From Nitrospinaceae bacterium (lineage in GTDB: Bacteria > Nitrospinota > Nitrospinia > Nitrospinales > Nitrospinaceae), in NCBI GenBank assembly GCA_965223665.1, contig OZ245011.1, forward strand, positions 2,912,001 to 2,976,000: a stretch of 64,000 bases of DNA, read 5' to 3'. A model generated the notes under the pieces. The model saw nothing but the letters and a program-made list of their open reading frames with translations, was not told the origin of the DNA and did not search any database. Positions 33,696-44,130 of this stretch are shown piece by piece; positions within the stretch are counted from its first letter, which is position 1; each line of letters begins with the position of its first letter. A program made the position numbers and the translations under genes.

Positions 33696-34985
33696 ATGGA
33701 TACTTGTCTAAATGAAAGTCAGAACAATAAAGAAAATATCTCTAAGGAAGAAGAGATTCGGCAAAGGACAGATGAATATAAAGTTCTACATCAAGTTGCG
33801 AAAATTCTCCACAATTCCAAAGATACGAAGGAAATGTTAGAGGGTGCATTGACGGCTCTAACTCGCTTTGAGGAATTGGAAGTAGAAAACAAGGCCGGTA
33901 TTTTTTTGGCGGATGAAGAAAATAAAAAATTAAAACTCTTTAGCACAATTGGGGATTTTTCTGAAGAGTTTTTGACCAAGGAGAAGGAAATACCTTATGG
34001 AAATTGTTTGTGTGGCCGAGCGGCGGTATCTAAAGAGATGATTGTTAGCAACAATTGTTTTTCTGATAAACGACATGACAATGTTTTCGAAGATATGACC
34101 GCCCATGGACACTATATTGTGCCTTTATTAAGTCAAGGAACTTTAGTTGGTGTTCTTTTTCTTTACACAGATGAAAATCCCCCCTGGTATGTACGAAGTA
34201 AAGAGATTTTGCTTTCAATTGGAGGTCTCATAGCCGATGCCATCGTTTCACGCCAAAGGGAGGAACAAATTTTCCATAAAAACCTACAGTTGGAAGAGCT
34301 TAATAATTTAAAAAATAAATTTTTAGGAATTGCCAGTCATGATTTAAGAAATCCTCTTTATTTGATTCGAACCTTTAGTGAGGTTATGAAAGAGGGTTCG
34401 GTGGGCCAGGTTAATACTAAACAAAAAGAGCTTCTTACAAAAATATTTAATTCTAGCAATTTTATGAAATCGCTTTTGGAAAATTTGTTAGACATTTCCA
34501 AAATTGAAAGTGGAAAAATTGATTTAAATAAAAAAGTCAATGATTTTAATTCCATAGTTAAACAACAAGTGGAAATTATGGAACTGACCGCTAAAAATAA
34601 AAATATTTCCATAGAACTTTGTTTAGGCAAGGTTCCTTCTTTTGCCTTTGATGAAAACGCTGTTGTTCAGGCAGTCGCAAATTTTTTGAGTAACGCAATA
34701 AAGTTTTCTCCCAACGACACAAAGGTTATCGTTCAAACCTCAAAAGAAAATGATGCCATTCGTTTTTCAGTGAAAGATGAAGGACCCGGATTGAAAGATG
34801 AAGACCAAAGGTTATTGTTTAAAGAATTTCAAACTTTAAGCAGTAAACCAACAGGAGGAGAGAAATCCACGGGACTGGGGTTAGCGATTGTGAAAAAACT
34901 GATTCATTTACACGAAGGTCAAGTGGGAGTATTCAGTCAATTTGGAAAAGGCAGTACCTTTTATTTTACTTTGCCTACAGATTAA
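33696..34985 (+). CDS. GAF-domain sensor histidine kinase (HisKA)
   Basis: GAF with CLCG/NC/HGHY, SHDLRNPL, NAIKFS, GLGL. Confidence 0.92.
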   Translation: MDTCLNESQNNKENISKEEEIRQRTDEYKVLHQVAKILHNSKDTKEMLEGALTALTRFEELEVENKAGIFLADEENKKLKLFSTIGDFSEEFLTKEKEIPYGNCLCGRAAVSKEMIVSNNCFSDKRHDNVFEDMTAHGHYIVPLLSQGTLVGVLFLYTDENPPWYVRSKEILLSIGGLIADAIVSRQREEQIFHKNLQLEELNNLKNKFLGIASHDLRNPLYLIRTFSEVMKEGSVGQVNTKQKELLTKIFNSSNFMKSLLENLLDISKIESGKIDLNKKVNDFNSIVKQQVEIMELTAKNKNISIELCLGKVPSFAFDENAVVQAVANFLSNAIKFSPNDTKVIVQTSKENDAIRFSVKDEGPGLKDEDQRLLFKEFQTLSSKPTGGEKSTGLGLAIVKKLIHLHEGQVGVFSQFGKGSTFYFTLPTD

Positions 34986-35000
34986 AAGGAAAGGGTTGGG

Positions 35001-36117
35001 TTTGGAAAACTTATTTTGTGCAATTTTATCAAAGATTCCCCATTGCATTGTGGTGGTTGATTCTGATCTGAAAATTCATTTTGCCAACCCGGCTTTTGGG
35101 ATTTTGATGGAGAGGCGTGTGGAAGATTTTATTGGTCACTGTTTTAAAGAAATGATGACAGGTTTAGGTGAACCGGGCAATTTGATGCTAAACGAATTTA
35201 GTAAGTGTTTTAAAAATGCCATGGATACAACCGATGCAAAATCAAGAAGAGAAAAACTTTTGACCTATGAAGCTCGAGATCCTTTATTCCCGATGAATGG
35301 AAATTCCAAACAACAATTTTCGAAGACCATAACATTGAAGGGTAGAGTTTTTTCTTATTGGTTGTTTGATCCCAGTGTCGATGGAAACAACTTAAGGGGA
35401 ATGGTTCTAATTGACTTGACTGAGACGAAGGAATTCCTGGAGCGCATGTCAGAAACTGAGAACATGGCATCTTTAAAAATTCTTGCAGCGGGGATTGCGC
35501 ATGAAATGAATAATCCACTTTATTCACTAACTGGATTTTCAGAAATTATTTTAAAAGAAAATGATATTAGAAAGATTAAGATTTATGCCTCAAAGATAAA
35601 AAATAATTGTGACCGGCTGTCGCAAGCTATTTCCAAATTCACGAGTTATGTTCATGATAAAAAAAGTGGGGTTGTTGAAGAAACCAATATTGTCAATCAA
35701 ATCGAAGCGGCCATTGATTTTGCTTCTCTTCCTTACAGAGATAAGAAAATCGAATTTGAAAAAGATTTTTCATATAAACCTTTTCTTCGTGGAGACCCCG
35801 AAGAAATCAGGCAGATATTTATTAATATTATTAATAATTCAGTACAGGCTATTGACCCTGGTGGAAAAATTAAAATTACCATAAAAAAAATAGAAGAACG
35901 TTTTCGGGTGAGTATTGAGGACAATGGTCCCGGAATTTCACCGGAAAACTTACAAAGAATATTTAATCCATTTTTTACTACTAAAAAACAAGGTGAGGGG
36001 ACCGGTTTGGGTTTGAGCATTGCTCAAAGATTAATCGAAAAATATAAAGGAAACATAGAGGTGAAATCCCAGGAAGGAGTAGGGACTACGGTGAATTTAA
36101 TGTTTTCTAATCAATAA
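35001..36117 (+). CDS. PAS-domain sensor histidine kinase (NtrB-like)
   Basis: PAS-like N-terminus, AHEMNNPL, DNGPG, FNPFFTTK, GTGLGL; start uncertain. Confidence 0.85.
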
Positions 36118-36227
36118 AATAAGAAAAATAAAACAGTAAGGCATTCTCGATTTCAATTTGCTGAACCTAGTAAGTCTCTTGTGCAGCCTTGCTCTTGATT
36201 TTGAAGGCTTTATTAAATTAAGGAGGC

Positions 36228-36806
36228 GTGATTATGTTTTTTAAATCCATTAAAAAAATTATAGGTATCACCATTTTTGTTTTATTTATTCCATTCGTTT
36301 CTATGGTTCAAGCAGAGGAAGTTGTGGCTTCGGCAGAAATTTTAGGCTGTACCGACAAAAGTATTACCGGAAAGGGTATGTTGGTAGAGCGTGAGTCTGA
36401 TGAAGGAATAAAACAAGTCGATGTGGCGTTATTTATCCGAGGATTGAAAGATGGAAAGCATGCAGTTCATGTGCATGAAACCGGAATGTGTACTCCTTGT
36501 AAAGCAGCAAAAGGGCACCATGATCCTGGTCCTAACAGTAATTCCAAACCCGATGCTCCAAATTTTAACCATCCTTTTCACATGGGAGACTTGGTAAATA
36601 TAGACGTAAAGGGTGGAATCGGTTTTATGCAAACTACGACTAATCGGTTTACCCTTTCAGATGGAAGGCTGAGTATCTTTGATAAGGATGGTGCATCCTT
36701 TATTATTCATTCTATGGAAGATAAATATTGTGACCATGAAGACGAGTTAAAAAAAGGGTGTGCCGGTGGAGCTAGAGATGCTTGCGGAATTATCAAGCGT
36801 CACTAA
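36228..36806 (+). CDS. sodC: Periplasmic Cu/Zn superoxide dismutase
   Basis: Signal peptide, HAVHVH, GHHDP, HMGDLVN, IIH, GGARDACG. Confidence 0.88.
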   Translation: MIMFFKSIKKIIGITIFVLFIPFVSMVQAEEVVASAEILGCTDKSITGKGMLVERESDEGIKQVDVALFIRGLKDGKHAVHVHETGMCTPCKAAKGHHDPGPNSNSKPDAPNFNHPFHMGDLVNIDVKGGIGFMQTTTNRFTLSDGRLSIFDKDGASFIIHSMEDKYCDHEDELKKGCAGGARDACGIIKRH

Positions 36807-36825
36807 AAATTTTGTTGATTGGCTC

Positions 36826-36865
36826 AAAAAGGAGCCGATTTGAAAATATCAATCGGTTCCTTTTT
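36826..36865. terminator. Intrinsic terminator after sodC
   Basis: AAAAAGGAGCCGATT...AATCGGTTCCTTTTT. Confidence 0.8.
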
Positions 36866-36918
36866 AATAAAATGGGTATTAAAAATAAGTTAATCATTAG
36901 TTTTGGAAAGCGTTACAT

Positions 36919-38346
36919 ATGAAAATACCTATAGATATAAAAACCAATCCAAATTTTATTTATCTATTGACGATTTTCCTTTTTCTCTTTCATTCAACTC
37001 CAATTTTTGCAGCAGATTTTCAAATTGGTAAACAATTGATAAAAGACAAGTGTTCCTCTTGTCATCGATTTATGGGAAATTCTCATTCTCGATTTAAGCT
37101 TAAAGCTCCTGATCTCATGTGGGGAGGCAGTAAGTTTCAAAGAGATTGGTTGGTGAGCTATCTTTTGGGGAAGAAACCTCCTGTTTATCAAAAGGGTTAT
37201 CGGTGGGATTTAGTCCGAAAACCTGTCCAACATATGATTTTGACCAAAAAAGAAGCTGAAGCTATTGCAGATTATTTTTTTGAAGAATTAAAAGATTCCA
37301 GGGTTAAAAAAAATTCTCTTAACCTTGCGTTTTTTACTGAAATGGAAGCCGCATTAGGAAAAAAGATTTTCGAAAACCATTCTTGTATTGCTTGTCACCA
37401 AATTCAGGAAGATGGGAAATCAATAGGAGGTTCGCAAAGTACTTCGTTACATGATGCGGGAAAACGACTTAATGTGGATTGGGTTTACCGCTTTAACTCA
37501 GATCCCCCGGACTTTGTTCCGCATAGCGGTGAGTTTGTTGCGGATGTTAGTGAGTTAGGACTTCGCTACGTTACCGGATTTATTATGACCTTGGGAGTGA
37601 AAGATTTTAAATTTTATGAACCCTGGAAAGATAAAATTTTTAAAAATGCCAGCGTAAAACGCGGTGAAAATTTTTATAAAGAATATTGTGCACAATGCCA
37701 TGGATTAACCGGAAACGGAGATGGCCCAGCCGCAAAAGATCTCAATCCAAAACCTGCAATTCATTCCCAAATGGCGATTGATAAAGAGCCGATCGATTAT
37801 TTGTTCAATGTAATTTATTACGGGGGGAAGAATGTTGGCAAGTCTTCACTTATGCCTTATTGGGGTCTGACCCTTAAACCCCAAGGAGTTGCGGACGTAA
37901 TGGCTTATATGAGAAAAGAATTCCGTGGAGACACGACAAAAAATAAAGTTTCAATGGAGGGAGTAGCCGTAACTAAATTAGGAACTTGCCCTCAGGTTCG
38001 AAATACGGTGCAAGCCCCAAGTAATATTCATGACATGAAGAATCCTTTGAAACAAACTGCAAAAAACCTTAAAAAAGGAAAGGTTTTATTTCAAAGCAGA
38101 GCAAAACCCTTGGCTTGTAAACATTGCCATGGTATGCAGGGTGATGGAAAGGGCTATAAGGCCCTTAATATGGTTCCTCCGCCTAGAAATTTTACTTGTG
38201 CAGAAACAATGAAAAAAATTACAGATGGTCAAATGTATTGGATAATAAAAAACGGATCTAAGGGTACAGAAATGCAAGCTTATGACAAACTGAAGGAAAA
38301 TCAAATTTGGCAATTGATCATTTATTTAAGGCAGTTTGCTGGATAA
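36919..38346 (+). CDS. Secreted multidomain cytochrome c (4 hemes)
   Basis: Signal peptide; CSSCH, CIACH, CAQCH, CKHCH. Confidence 0.9.
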   Translation: MKIPIDIKTNPNFIYLLTIFLFLFHSTPIFAADFQIGKQLIKDKCSSCHRFMGNSHSRFKLKAPDLMWGGSKFQRDWLVSYLLGKKPPVYQKGYRWDLVRKPVQHMILTKKEAEAIADYFFEELKDSRVKKNSLNLAFFTEMEAALGKKIFENHSCIACHQIQEDGKSIGGSQSTSLHDAGKRLNVDWVYRFNSDPPDFVPHSGEFVADVSELGLRYVTGFIMTLGVKDFKFYEPWKDKIFKNASVKRGENFYKEYCAQCHGLTGNGDGPAAKDLNPKPAIHSQMAIDKEPIDYLFNVIYYGGKNVGKSSLMPYWGLTLKPQGVADVMAYMRKEFRGDTTKNKVSMEGVAVTKLGTCPQVRNTVQAPSNIHDMKNPLKQTAKNLKKGKVLFQSRAKPLACKHCHGMQGDGKGYKALNMVPPPRNFTCAETMKKITDGQMYWIIKNGSKGTEMQAYDKLKENQIWQLIIYLRQFAG

Positions 38347-38361
38347 AAAATAATACGAAAC

Positions 38362-40053
38362 ATGTTTGAGATAATGGATAAGAAAAAAATAGTAATTGTG
38401 GGTGGTGTGGCCGGAGGTGCTACGGCAGCGGCACATGCACGACGAATTTCTGAAGAAGCAGAGATTATAATTTTTGAACGGGGTGAACATGTTTCTTTCG
38501 ACAATTGTGGACTACCTTATTTTCTTGGTGGAGAAATACCTGAAAAAGAAAGTTTGTTAGTACAAACTCCCATAGGGCTAAAAGAAAGGTTTAATCTGGA
38601 TGTCAGGATTAAATCTGAGGTTGTTCAAGTTGAACCTACCCATAAAAAAATAAAAATTCGTGATTTAAAAAACGAAAAGGATTATTGGGAAATTTATGAT
38701 GACCTGATTCTATCCACAGGTGCTTATCCGTTAAAACCCCCCATTCCGGGGATTGACCGCCCCGGTCATTTTACTGTGCGGAACATTCCGGATGTTGACC
38801 AGATCAACCAGTGGATTTCTAAGAACCAAATAAATCGAGTTGCAATCATTGGCGGAGGATTTATTGGGTTGGAATTGGCGGAGCAGTTTTATCGAAGGGG
38901 TTTTAATATCAGCTTAATTGAAGCATCGCCTCAGGTCATGCCGCCCTTAGACCAAGATATGGCAGCGTGGCTTCATAAAGAAATAGGTAGAAACGAAATA
39001 AATCTTTATTTAAGTGATGCTGTGGTGGAATTTAAATCTCCCAACAGTCCTGAAGAATGTTCAGCATCAATTGTAAGGCTTAAAAGTGGAGTGCAAATTG
39101 CGGCTGATTTAGTGATTCTTGGATTAGGAGTTCGACCGGAATCAGGATTAGCAAAAATGGCAGGTTTAAAAATAGGGGAAAAGGGGGGAATTCGAGTAGA
39201 TAATAAATTACAAACCAGCGAAAAAAATATTTGGGCCATTGGCGATGCTATTGAAGTACGTGACCTTGTAACAAATGAATGGACTTTAATTCCCCTTGCA
39301 GGTCCTGCCAACCGTCAAGGGAGAATAGTTGCAGAAAATATTTTTGGTGGATCCCTTAATTACCCTGGAACTCTGGGAACAGCAATATTGCGGTTTTTTG
39401 ATCTTACAGTGGCTTGTACAGGGGCTAATGAAAAAACTCTTAGTAAGTTAAAGATCCCTTTTAAAGTGGTTCATTTGCATCCTCACTCCAATGCTAATTA
39501 TTATCCAGGGGGGCATCGTCTTGCTATGAAAGTGATTTTTAAACCCGAAAATGGCAAACTTTTGGGTGCCCAAATTGTTGGAAAAGAAGGTGTGGATAAA
39601 AGGATAGATGTTTTGGCCACTGCTCTAAAAGCAAACTTGTCCGTTCATGACCTTGAGGACTTGGAATTGGCTTATGCACCCCCCTTTGGTTCTGCCAAAG
39701 ATCCTGTGAACCTTGCAGGGATGGTGGCACAACATTCCGTTCATCAAGATATTAAAGTAGCGCAATGGTATGAAATTGAAAACTTAGATAAAGAAAAAAC
39801 TATATTGCTGGATGTAAGAGACGAGGAAGAAATAAAAGAAGGTGACATTCCGGGTGCATGCCATATACCGTTACCTCAGTTACGGGGACGTATGCAAGAG
39901 CTGCCTAAAGACCACGAAATAATTGTTTATTGTCAAACCGGACAGCGCTCTTACTTTGCTTGCAGATTGTTAAAACAAAATGGATTTCAGGTGCGTAATC
40001 TTTCCGGGGCTTATCGGACCTGGAAAGTAGCTACTAGTGGTAAAAATAGTTAA
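38362..40053 (+). CDS. CoA-disulfide/persulfide reductase with C-terminal rhodanese domain
   Basis: GGVAGG, SFDNCGLPY, GGGFIG, LAYAPPF, rhodanese YCQTGQRS. Confidence 0.9.
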   Translation: MFEIMDKKKIVIVGGVAGGATAAAHARRISEEAEIIIFERGEHVSFDNCGLPYFLGGEIPEKESLLVQTPIGLKERFNLDVRIKSEVVQVEPTHKKIKIRDLKNEKDYWEIYDDLILSTGAYPLKPPIPGIDRPGHFTVRNIPDVDQINQWISKNQINRVAIIGGGFIGLELAEQFYRRGFNISLIEASPQVMPPLDQDMAAWLHKEIGRNEINLYLSDAVVEFKSPNSPEECSASIVRLKSGVQIAADLVILGLGVRPESGLAKMAGLKIGEKGGIRVDNKLQTSEKNIWAIGDAIEVRDLVTNEWTLIPLAGPANRQGRIVAENIFGGSLNYPGTLGTAILRFFDLTVACTGANEKTLSKLKIPFKVVHLHPHSNANYYPGGHRLAMKVIFKPENGKLLGAQIVGKEGVDKRIDVLATALKANLSVHDLEDLELAYAPPFGSAKDPVNLAGMVAQHSVHQDIKVAQWYEIENLDKEKTILLDVRDEEEIKEGDIPGACHIPLPQLRGRMQELPKDHEIIVYCQTGQRSYFACRLLKQNGFQVRNLSGAYRTWKVATSGKNS

Positions 40054-40067
40054 ATAAGTTTTTAAGA

Positions 40068-41534
40068 TTAACGCTTTTTGAGAAAAGATCCTAACAGTCC
40101 GCGAACTAATTGTCTTCCTACTACACGCCCTATGGTACGAATCATTGATTTGATACCTGCTTCTACAAATCCCTGCCGCTTTCTTCCAGGTGATTTTTTT
40201 GAAGATTCTAATTTTTCCTTTTGGTTGGCTTCTTCAGTTTTTTCTACTCTTTCCAAAAGAATTTCATATGCGGATTTTCTATCTACCAATTGATTATAAA
40301 CACCTTCGAAATCACTTTGGGCGATAATATATTTTCTTTCACCAGATGTTATGGGTCCCATCCTGGATGAAGGGGGGCGAATTAAAGTTCTTTCGACAAT
40401 AGTCGGTTTGCCTTTTAAATCTAAAGTGGAAACTAAGGCCTCTCCTATTCCTAATTGCGTAATTACATCAGCAGCCCGAAATTTAGAATTGGGACGAAAA
40501 GTATCTCCCACTGCACGCACAACTTTTTTGTCTTTGGGAGTAAACGCTCTTAAGGCATGTTGAATTCTATTTCCTAATTGACCTAAAATATCTTCCGGAA
40601 TATCCAAAGGACTTTGGGTTACAAAATAAACTCCAACTCCTTTGGAACGAATAAGTCGAACCACTTGCTCTACCTTATCCAATAGTGCCTTGGGTGCATC
40701 TTCAAATAAAAGATGGGCTTCATCGAAGAAAAAAACTAATTTGGGTCGATCCGGATCTCCCACTTCTGGAAGTTCTTCAAATAATTCAGATAATAACCAG
40801 AGTAAGAAAGTAGAATACAATTTTGGATTTTGCATGAGTTTATCCGCTGCCAATATATTTATCATTCCCTGGCCATCACCATCCGAACGAATAAAATCAT
40901 GGAGTTTTAAAGACGGTTCTCCAAAAAACTTTTTTCCACCCTGTTGTTCCAAAGTTAACAAGCGTCTTAAAATAGCCCCGACAGAAGCTTTGGTCACATA
41001 TCCATATTTTGTTGTAAAATCGGAAGCGTTATCCCCAACAAAATTGAGAAGAGCCCGCAAATCTTTTAAATCAAGAAGTAATAGCCCTTCTTCGTCAGCA
41101 ACTGAAAAGACAATACTCATTACCCCTTCTTGGGTTTCGTTAAGACCCAGCAACCGGGATAATAACACTGGGCCCATTTCGGAAACTGTAGTTCGAACAG
41201 GATGACCTTTTTTCCCAAACAGATCCCAAAATACAGTTGAAAAATTTCTAAAACTGTAATCAGCAAGTTGAATAGTTTTGGCACGCTCTAATAATTTTTC
41301 AGAGGGTTTCCCTGATTGGCTAATTCCTGCAAGGTCACCTTTGACATCGGCAAGGAACACTGGAACTCCCTCTTTGGAAAATGCTTCCGCCATGATTTGT
41401 AGCGTTACAGTTTTTCCGGTTCCTGTTGCCCCTGAAATTAAACCATGACGATTGGCATTCTTTAGCAGGAGTTGCTGCGGTTTATTTCCACTTCCTAAAA
41501 AAATGGATGTAGCTTTTTGATCCTTTTTACCCAT
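40068..41534 (-). CDS. DUF853/YjgR HerA-like ATPase
   Basis: NRHGLISGATGTGKT, FFFDEAHLLF, RSKGVG, QHALRAFTP. Confidence 0.92.
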   Translation of the reverse strand: MGKKDQKATSIFLGSGNKPQQLLLKNANRHGLISGATGTGKTVTLQIMAEAFSKEGVPVFLADVKGDLAGISQSGKPSEKLLERAKTIQLADYSFRNFSTVFWDLFGKKGHPVRTTVSEMGPVLLSRLLGLNETQEGVMSIVFSVADEEGLLLLDLKDLRALLNFVGDNASDFTTKYGYVTKASVGAILRRLLTLEQQGGKKFFGEPSLKLHDFIRSDGDGQGMINILAADKLMQNPKLYSTFLLWLLSELFEELPEVGDPDRPKLVFFFDEAHLLFEDAPKALLDKVEQVVRLIRSKGVGVYFVTQSPLDIPEDILGQLGNRIQHALRAFTPKDKKVVRAVGDTFRPNSKFRAADVITQLGIGEALVSTLDLKGKPTIVERTLIRPPSSRMGPITSGERKYIIAQSDFEGVYNQLVDRKSAYEILLERVEKTEEANQKEKLESSKKSPGRKRQGFVEAGIKSMIRTIGRVVGRQLVRGLLGSFLKKR

Positions 41535-42033
41535 GTATCCTCTCTTAACTCAGCCTTAACCATAGAAGATTGTAATAAGTTTTTTCTCTGGAAAATCTGA
41601 GGGCCAATTATCGCATAAAAAGGAATAATCCTGAGAGATAATTCCCTATTTTTCTAATACTTTGAAATTAATAGGATTTACCAATGGATTATTTTCTATC
41701 GCTTAAGTTCCTAAATCCTAAAAGTAAGATCTTTTAAAAAAAACCATTTTCAGATTCAAATAAAAATTATACCTTTGGGAAAAATTAGGTATTTAAAATA
41801 TTTTTTATGGCACTAATTTTTATAACCCATTGATTTTTATATTTAATCTTCTATAAGATTGACTGTAATGTTGCATCCCCTAATTAAACAGCAAGATCAT
41901 TTTTAACAAAATTGTAACAAAAACTTCTTTTAATTTTTGTTTAAATGGGTTTATCTGGATTTATAGATACTTTCTCACCGGTATTTTTAATTTTGGTTGT
42001 TTTTCTTTAATAAAAACAAAAAAGATAATATTT

Positions 42034-42966
42034 ATGCCTAATCCCACCAAGTCACAATATAAAGTTTTGATAGTGGATGATACGAAAACTAATGTAGAAG
42101 TCTTAGTAGGAATTTTAGAATTTGAAGGATTTCAAACATATACTTCGTTTAATGGAAAACATGCACTGGAAATTTTAGATGAAATTCAACCTGATATCAT
42201 CCTTTTGGATATCATGATGCCAGGAATGAATGGGTTGGAAGTTTGTAAAAAATTAAAAGAGAATCCTATTTGGAAATACATTCCAGTAATTTTTATTACC
42301 GCTCTTTGTTCTCCACAAGATATTTCTAAAGCTTATGAGGCCGGTGGTGTGGATTATATTACAAAGCCCATTTGTCGGGAAGAAGTGATACATCGAATTA
42401 AAACTCAATTAGAATATGTGAGTTTATTTGAAAAGCAGCGAGAATTAATTGAAAAACTGGATACTATTGCTAAAACTGATCAACTAACCGGGTTACCTAA
42501 CCGGCGGCAGATGATCGAAAATATTAAGTATGAAGTAATTCGGTTTCAAAGAGGGGGGAAACCGTTTTCCATTGCAATTGGTGATATTGATGATTTTAAG
42601 AAAATAAATGATACCTATGGACATGCAGGCGGAGATTTTGTGTTAATAAAGGTGGCCGAATTTTTAAGAAAGGGATGTCGTGATCAAGATCTTGTTTGTC
42701 GCTGGGGAGGGGAAGAATTCTTATTATTGCTCCCTGAAACCGATGCCGCCGGGGCCTTTACTTTAGCGGAGAAACAAAGGGAAACCATTGCTAATGTTGA
42801 TTTGGAATTTGAGGGTAAACATCTGAATGTCACAATCTGCTTTGGAATAAGTACATTTAATCAAAAAGATCAGACCTATGAAGAATGTATAAGATTAGCG
42901 GATGATAGTCTTTATGCCGCAAAAGAAGGACAAAAAAATAAAGTTGTTGTTCACCAGCCTGTTTAA
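42034..42966 (+). CDS. REC-GGDEF diguanylate cyclase
   Basis: Receiver domain, DQLTGLPNRR, RxxD (RDQD) I-site, RWGGEEF. Confidence 0.93.
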   Translation: MPNPTKSQYKVLIVDDTKTNVEVLVGILEFEGFQTYTSFNGKHALEILDEIQPDIILLDIMMPGMNGLEVCKKLKENPIWKYIPVIFITALCSPQDISKAYEAGGVDYITKPICREEVIHRIKTQLEYVSLFEKQRELIEKLDTIAKTDQLTGLPNRRQMIENIKYEVIRFQRGGKPFSIAIGDIDDFKKINDTYGHAGGDFVLIKVAEFLRKGCRDQDLVCRWGGEEFLLLLPETDAAGAFTLAEKQRETIANVDLEFEGKHLNVTICFGISTFNQKDQTYEECIRLADDSLYAAKEGQKNKVVVHQPV

Positions 42967-42978
42967 ATAAAGCCTACA

Positions 42979-44073
42979 TCAATCAATAAAGTTTTTAAAA
43001 CCCGCCCCTGATGAAATTAAATTTTGTTGAGGAAGTACGATTTCTTTTTGTTGGCTTTCTTCTACATACCCAATACCATGACAGGAAATTTCATAATTTT
43101 TACAAATTTCCTGAACCTTCTGAGCTTCATTGGCATGGCTAACAATTACCACAAAACCAACTCCCATATTAAATACCTCATACATCTCGGCATCACTGAC
43201 TGCACTATTTTGTTGAATCTTTTGAAATACCGGTGGAACATCAAGTGGAGAATCGACAACGAAACGGATAGATTCACTTTTCACACGTAGTAAATTTTCC
43301 AATCCCCCACCGGTAATGTGGACCATGGCTTTTAAATTTATATTTTCATTTAACATTTCAAGGATAGGTTGAACATAAATGCGAGTTGGCTCTAACAATT
43401 CTGCGCCCAAGGTTCTATTAAATGTGGGTTCAAATTGATTGATATTAGATTTTTGTTCTTCCAGTGAGGTTCCCAAAAGAGACTGTCGAGCCAAAGTAAG
43501 TCCATTAGAATGAATTCCGCTGGATGCTAAACCTAGAATAAGATCCCCAGTTTGGATGTTTTGACCCGTATTAATTTTTTCTAATTCTATGTGACCTATA
43601 GCAGCAGCTGTTAAATCAATTCCCTGTATGATTTCTCGAATTTGAGAAATTTCTCCTCCGGAAATACTAATATTTGCCTGCCGAGCGCCTTCGGCCAACC
43701 CTTGCCCCAGTTCTTCGAATACCTTAGGATCAGTGTGTGAACACGCAATATAATCCACCATACTCACAGGTTGAGCACCAAGACAAATTAAATCATTTAC
43801 ATTCATTGCCACACAATCGATTCCAATTGTGTCATATTGATTCATCATTTCTGCCACTATCATTTTTGTTCCCACTCCATCGGTACAAAATGCAACTCCT
43901 CGGCCGTTTCCAAATTCAATGACGTTTGCAAAATAACCAATGTCTGCTTTCACTGGAAATTGTTTATTAAATTGATGAGTGGGTAAAATATTTTTTAACA
44001 AACCAGAGAGTGCCTTTTCAGCACCTGTTCCGCTTACACCACTTTCTTCATATTGTGAAGATGATTTTGACAT
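42979..44073 (-). CDS. purM: Phosphoribosylformylglycinamidine cyclo-ligase
   Basis: YEESGV, TDGVGTK, VAMNVND, SSGIHSNG, HITGGG, FNMGVG. Confidence 0.95.
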   Translation of the reverse strand: MSKSSSQYEESGVSGTGAEKALSGLLKNILPTHQFNKQFPVKADIGYFANVIEFGNGRGVAFCTDGVGTKMIVAEMMNQYDTIGIDCVAMNVNDLICLGAQPVSMVDYIACSHTDPKVFEELGQGLAEGARQANISISGGEISQIREIIQGIDLTAAAIGHIELEKINTGQNIQTGDLILGLASSGIHSNGLTLARQSLLGTSLEEQKSNINQFEPTFNRTLGAELLEPTRIYVQPILEMLNENINLKAMVHITGGGLENLLRVKSESIRFVVDSPLDVPPVFQKIQQNSAVSDAEMYEVFNMGVGFVVIVSHANEAQKVQEICKNYEISCHGIGYVEESQQKEIVLPQQNLISSGAGFKNFID

Positions 44074-44130
44074 GAATTTCTCTATAGGTTTTATGGAAAT
44101 TAAAAGCCGAATTAAAAATATACTATAGCA

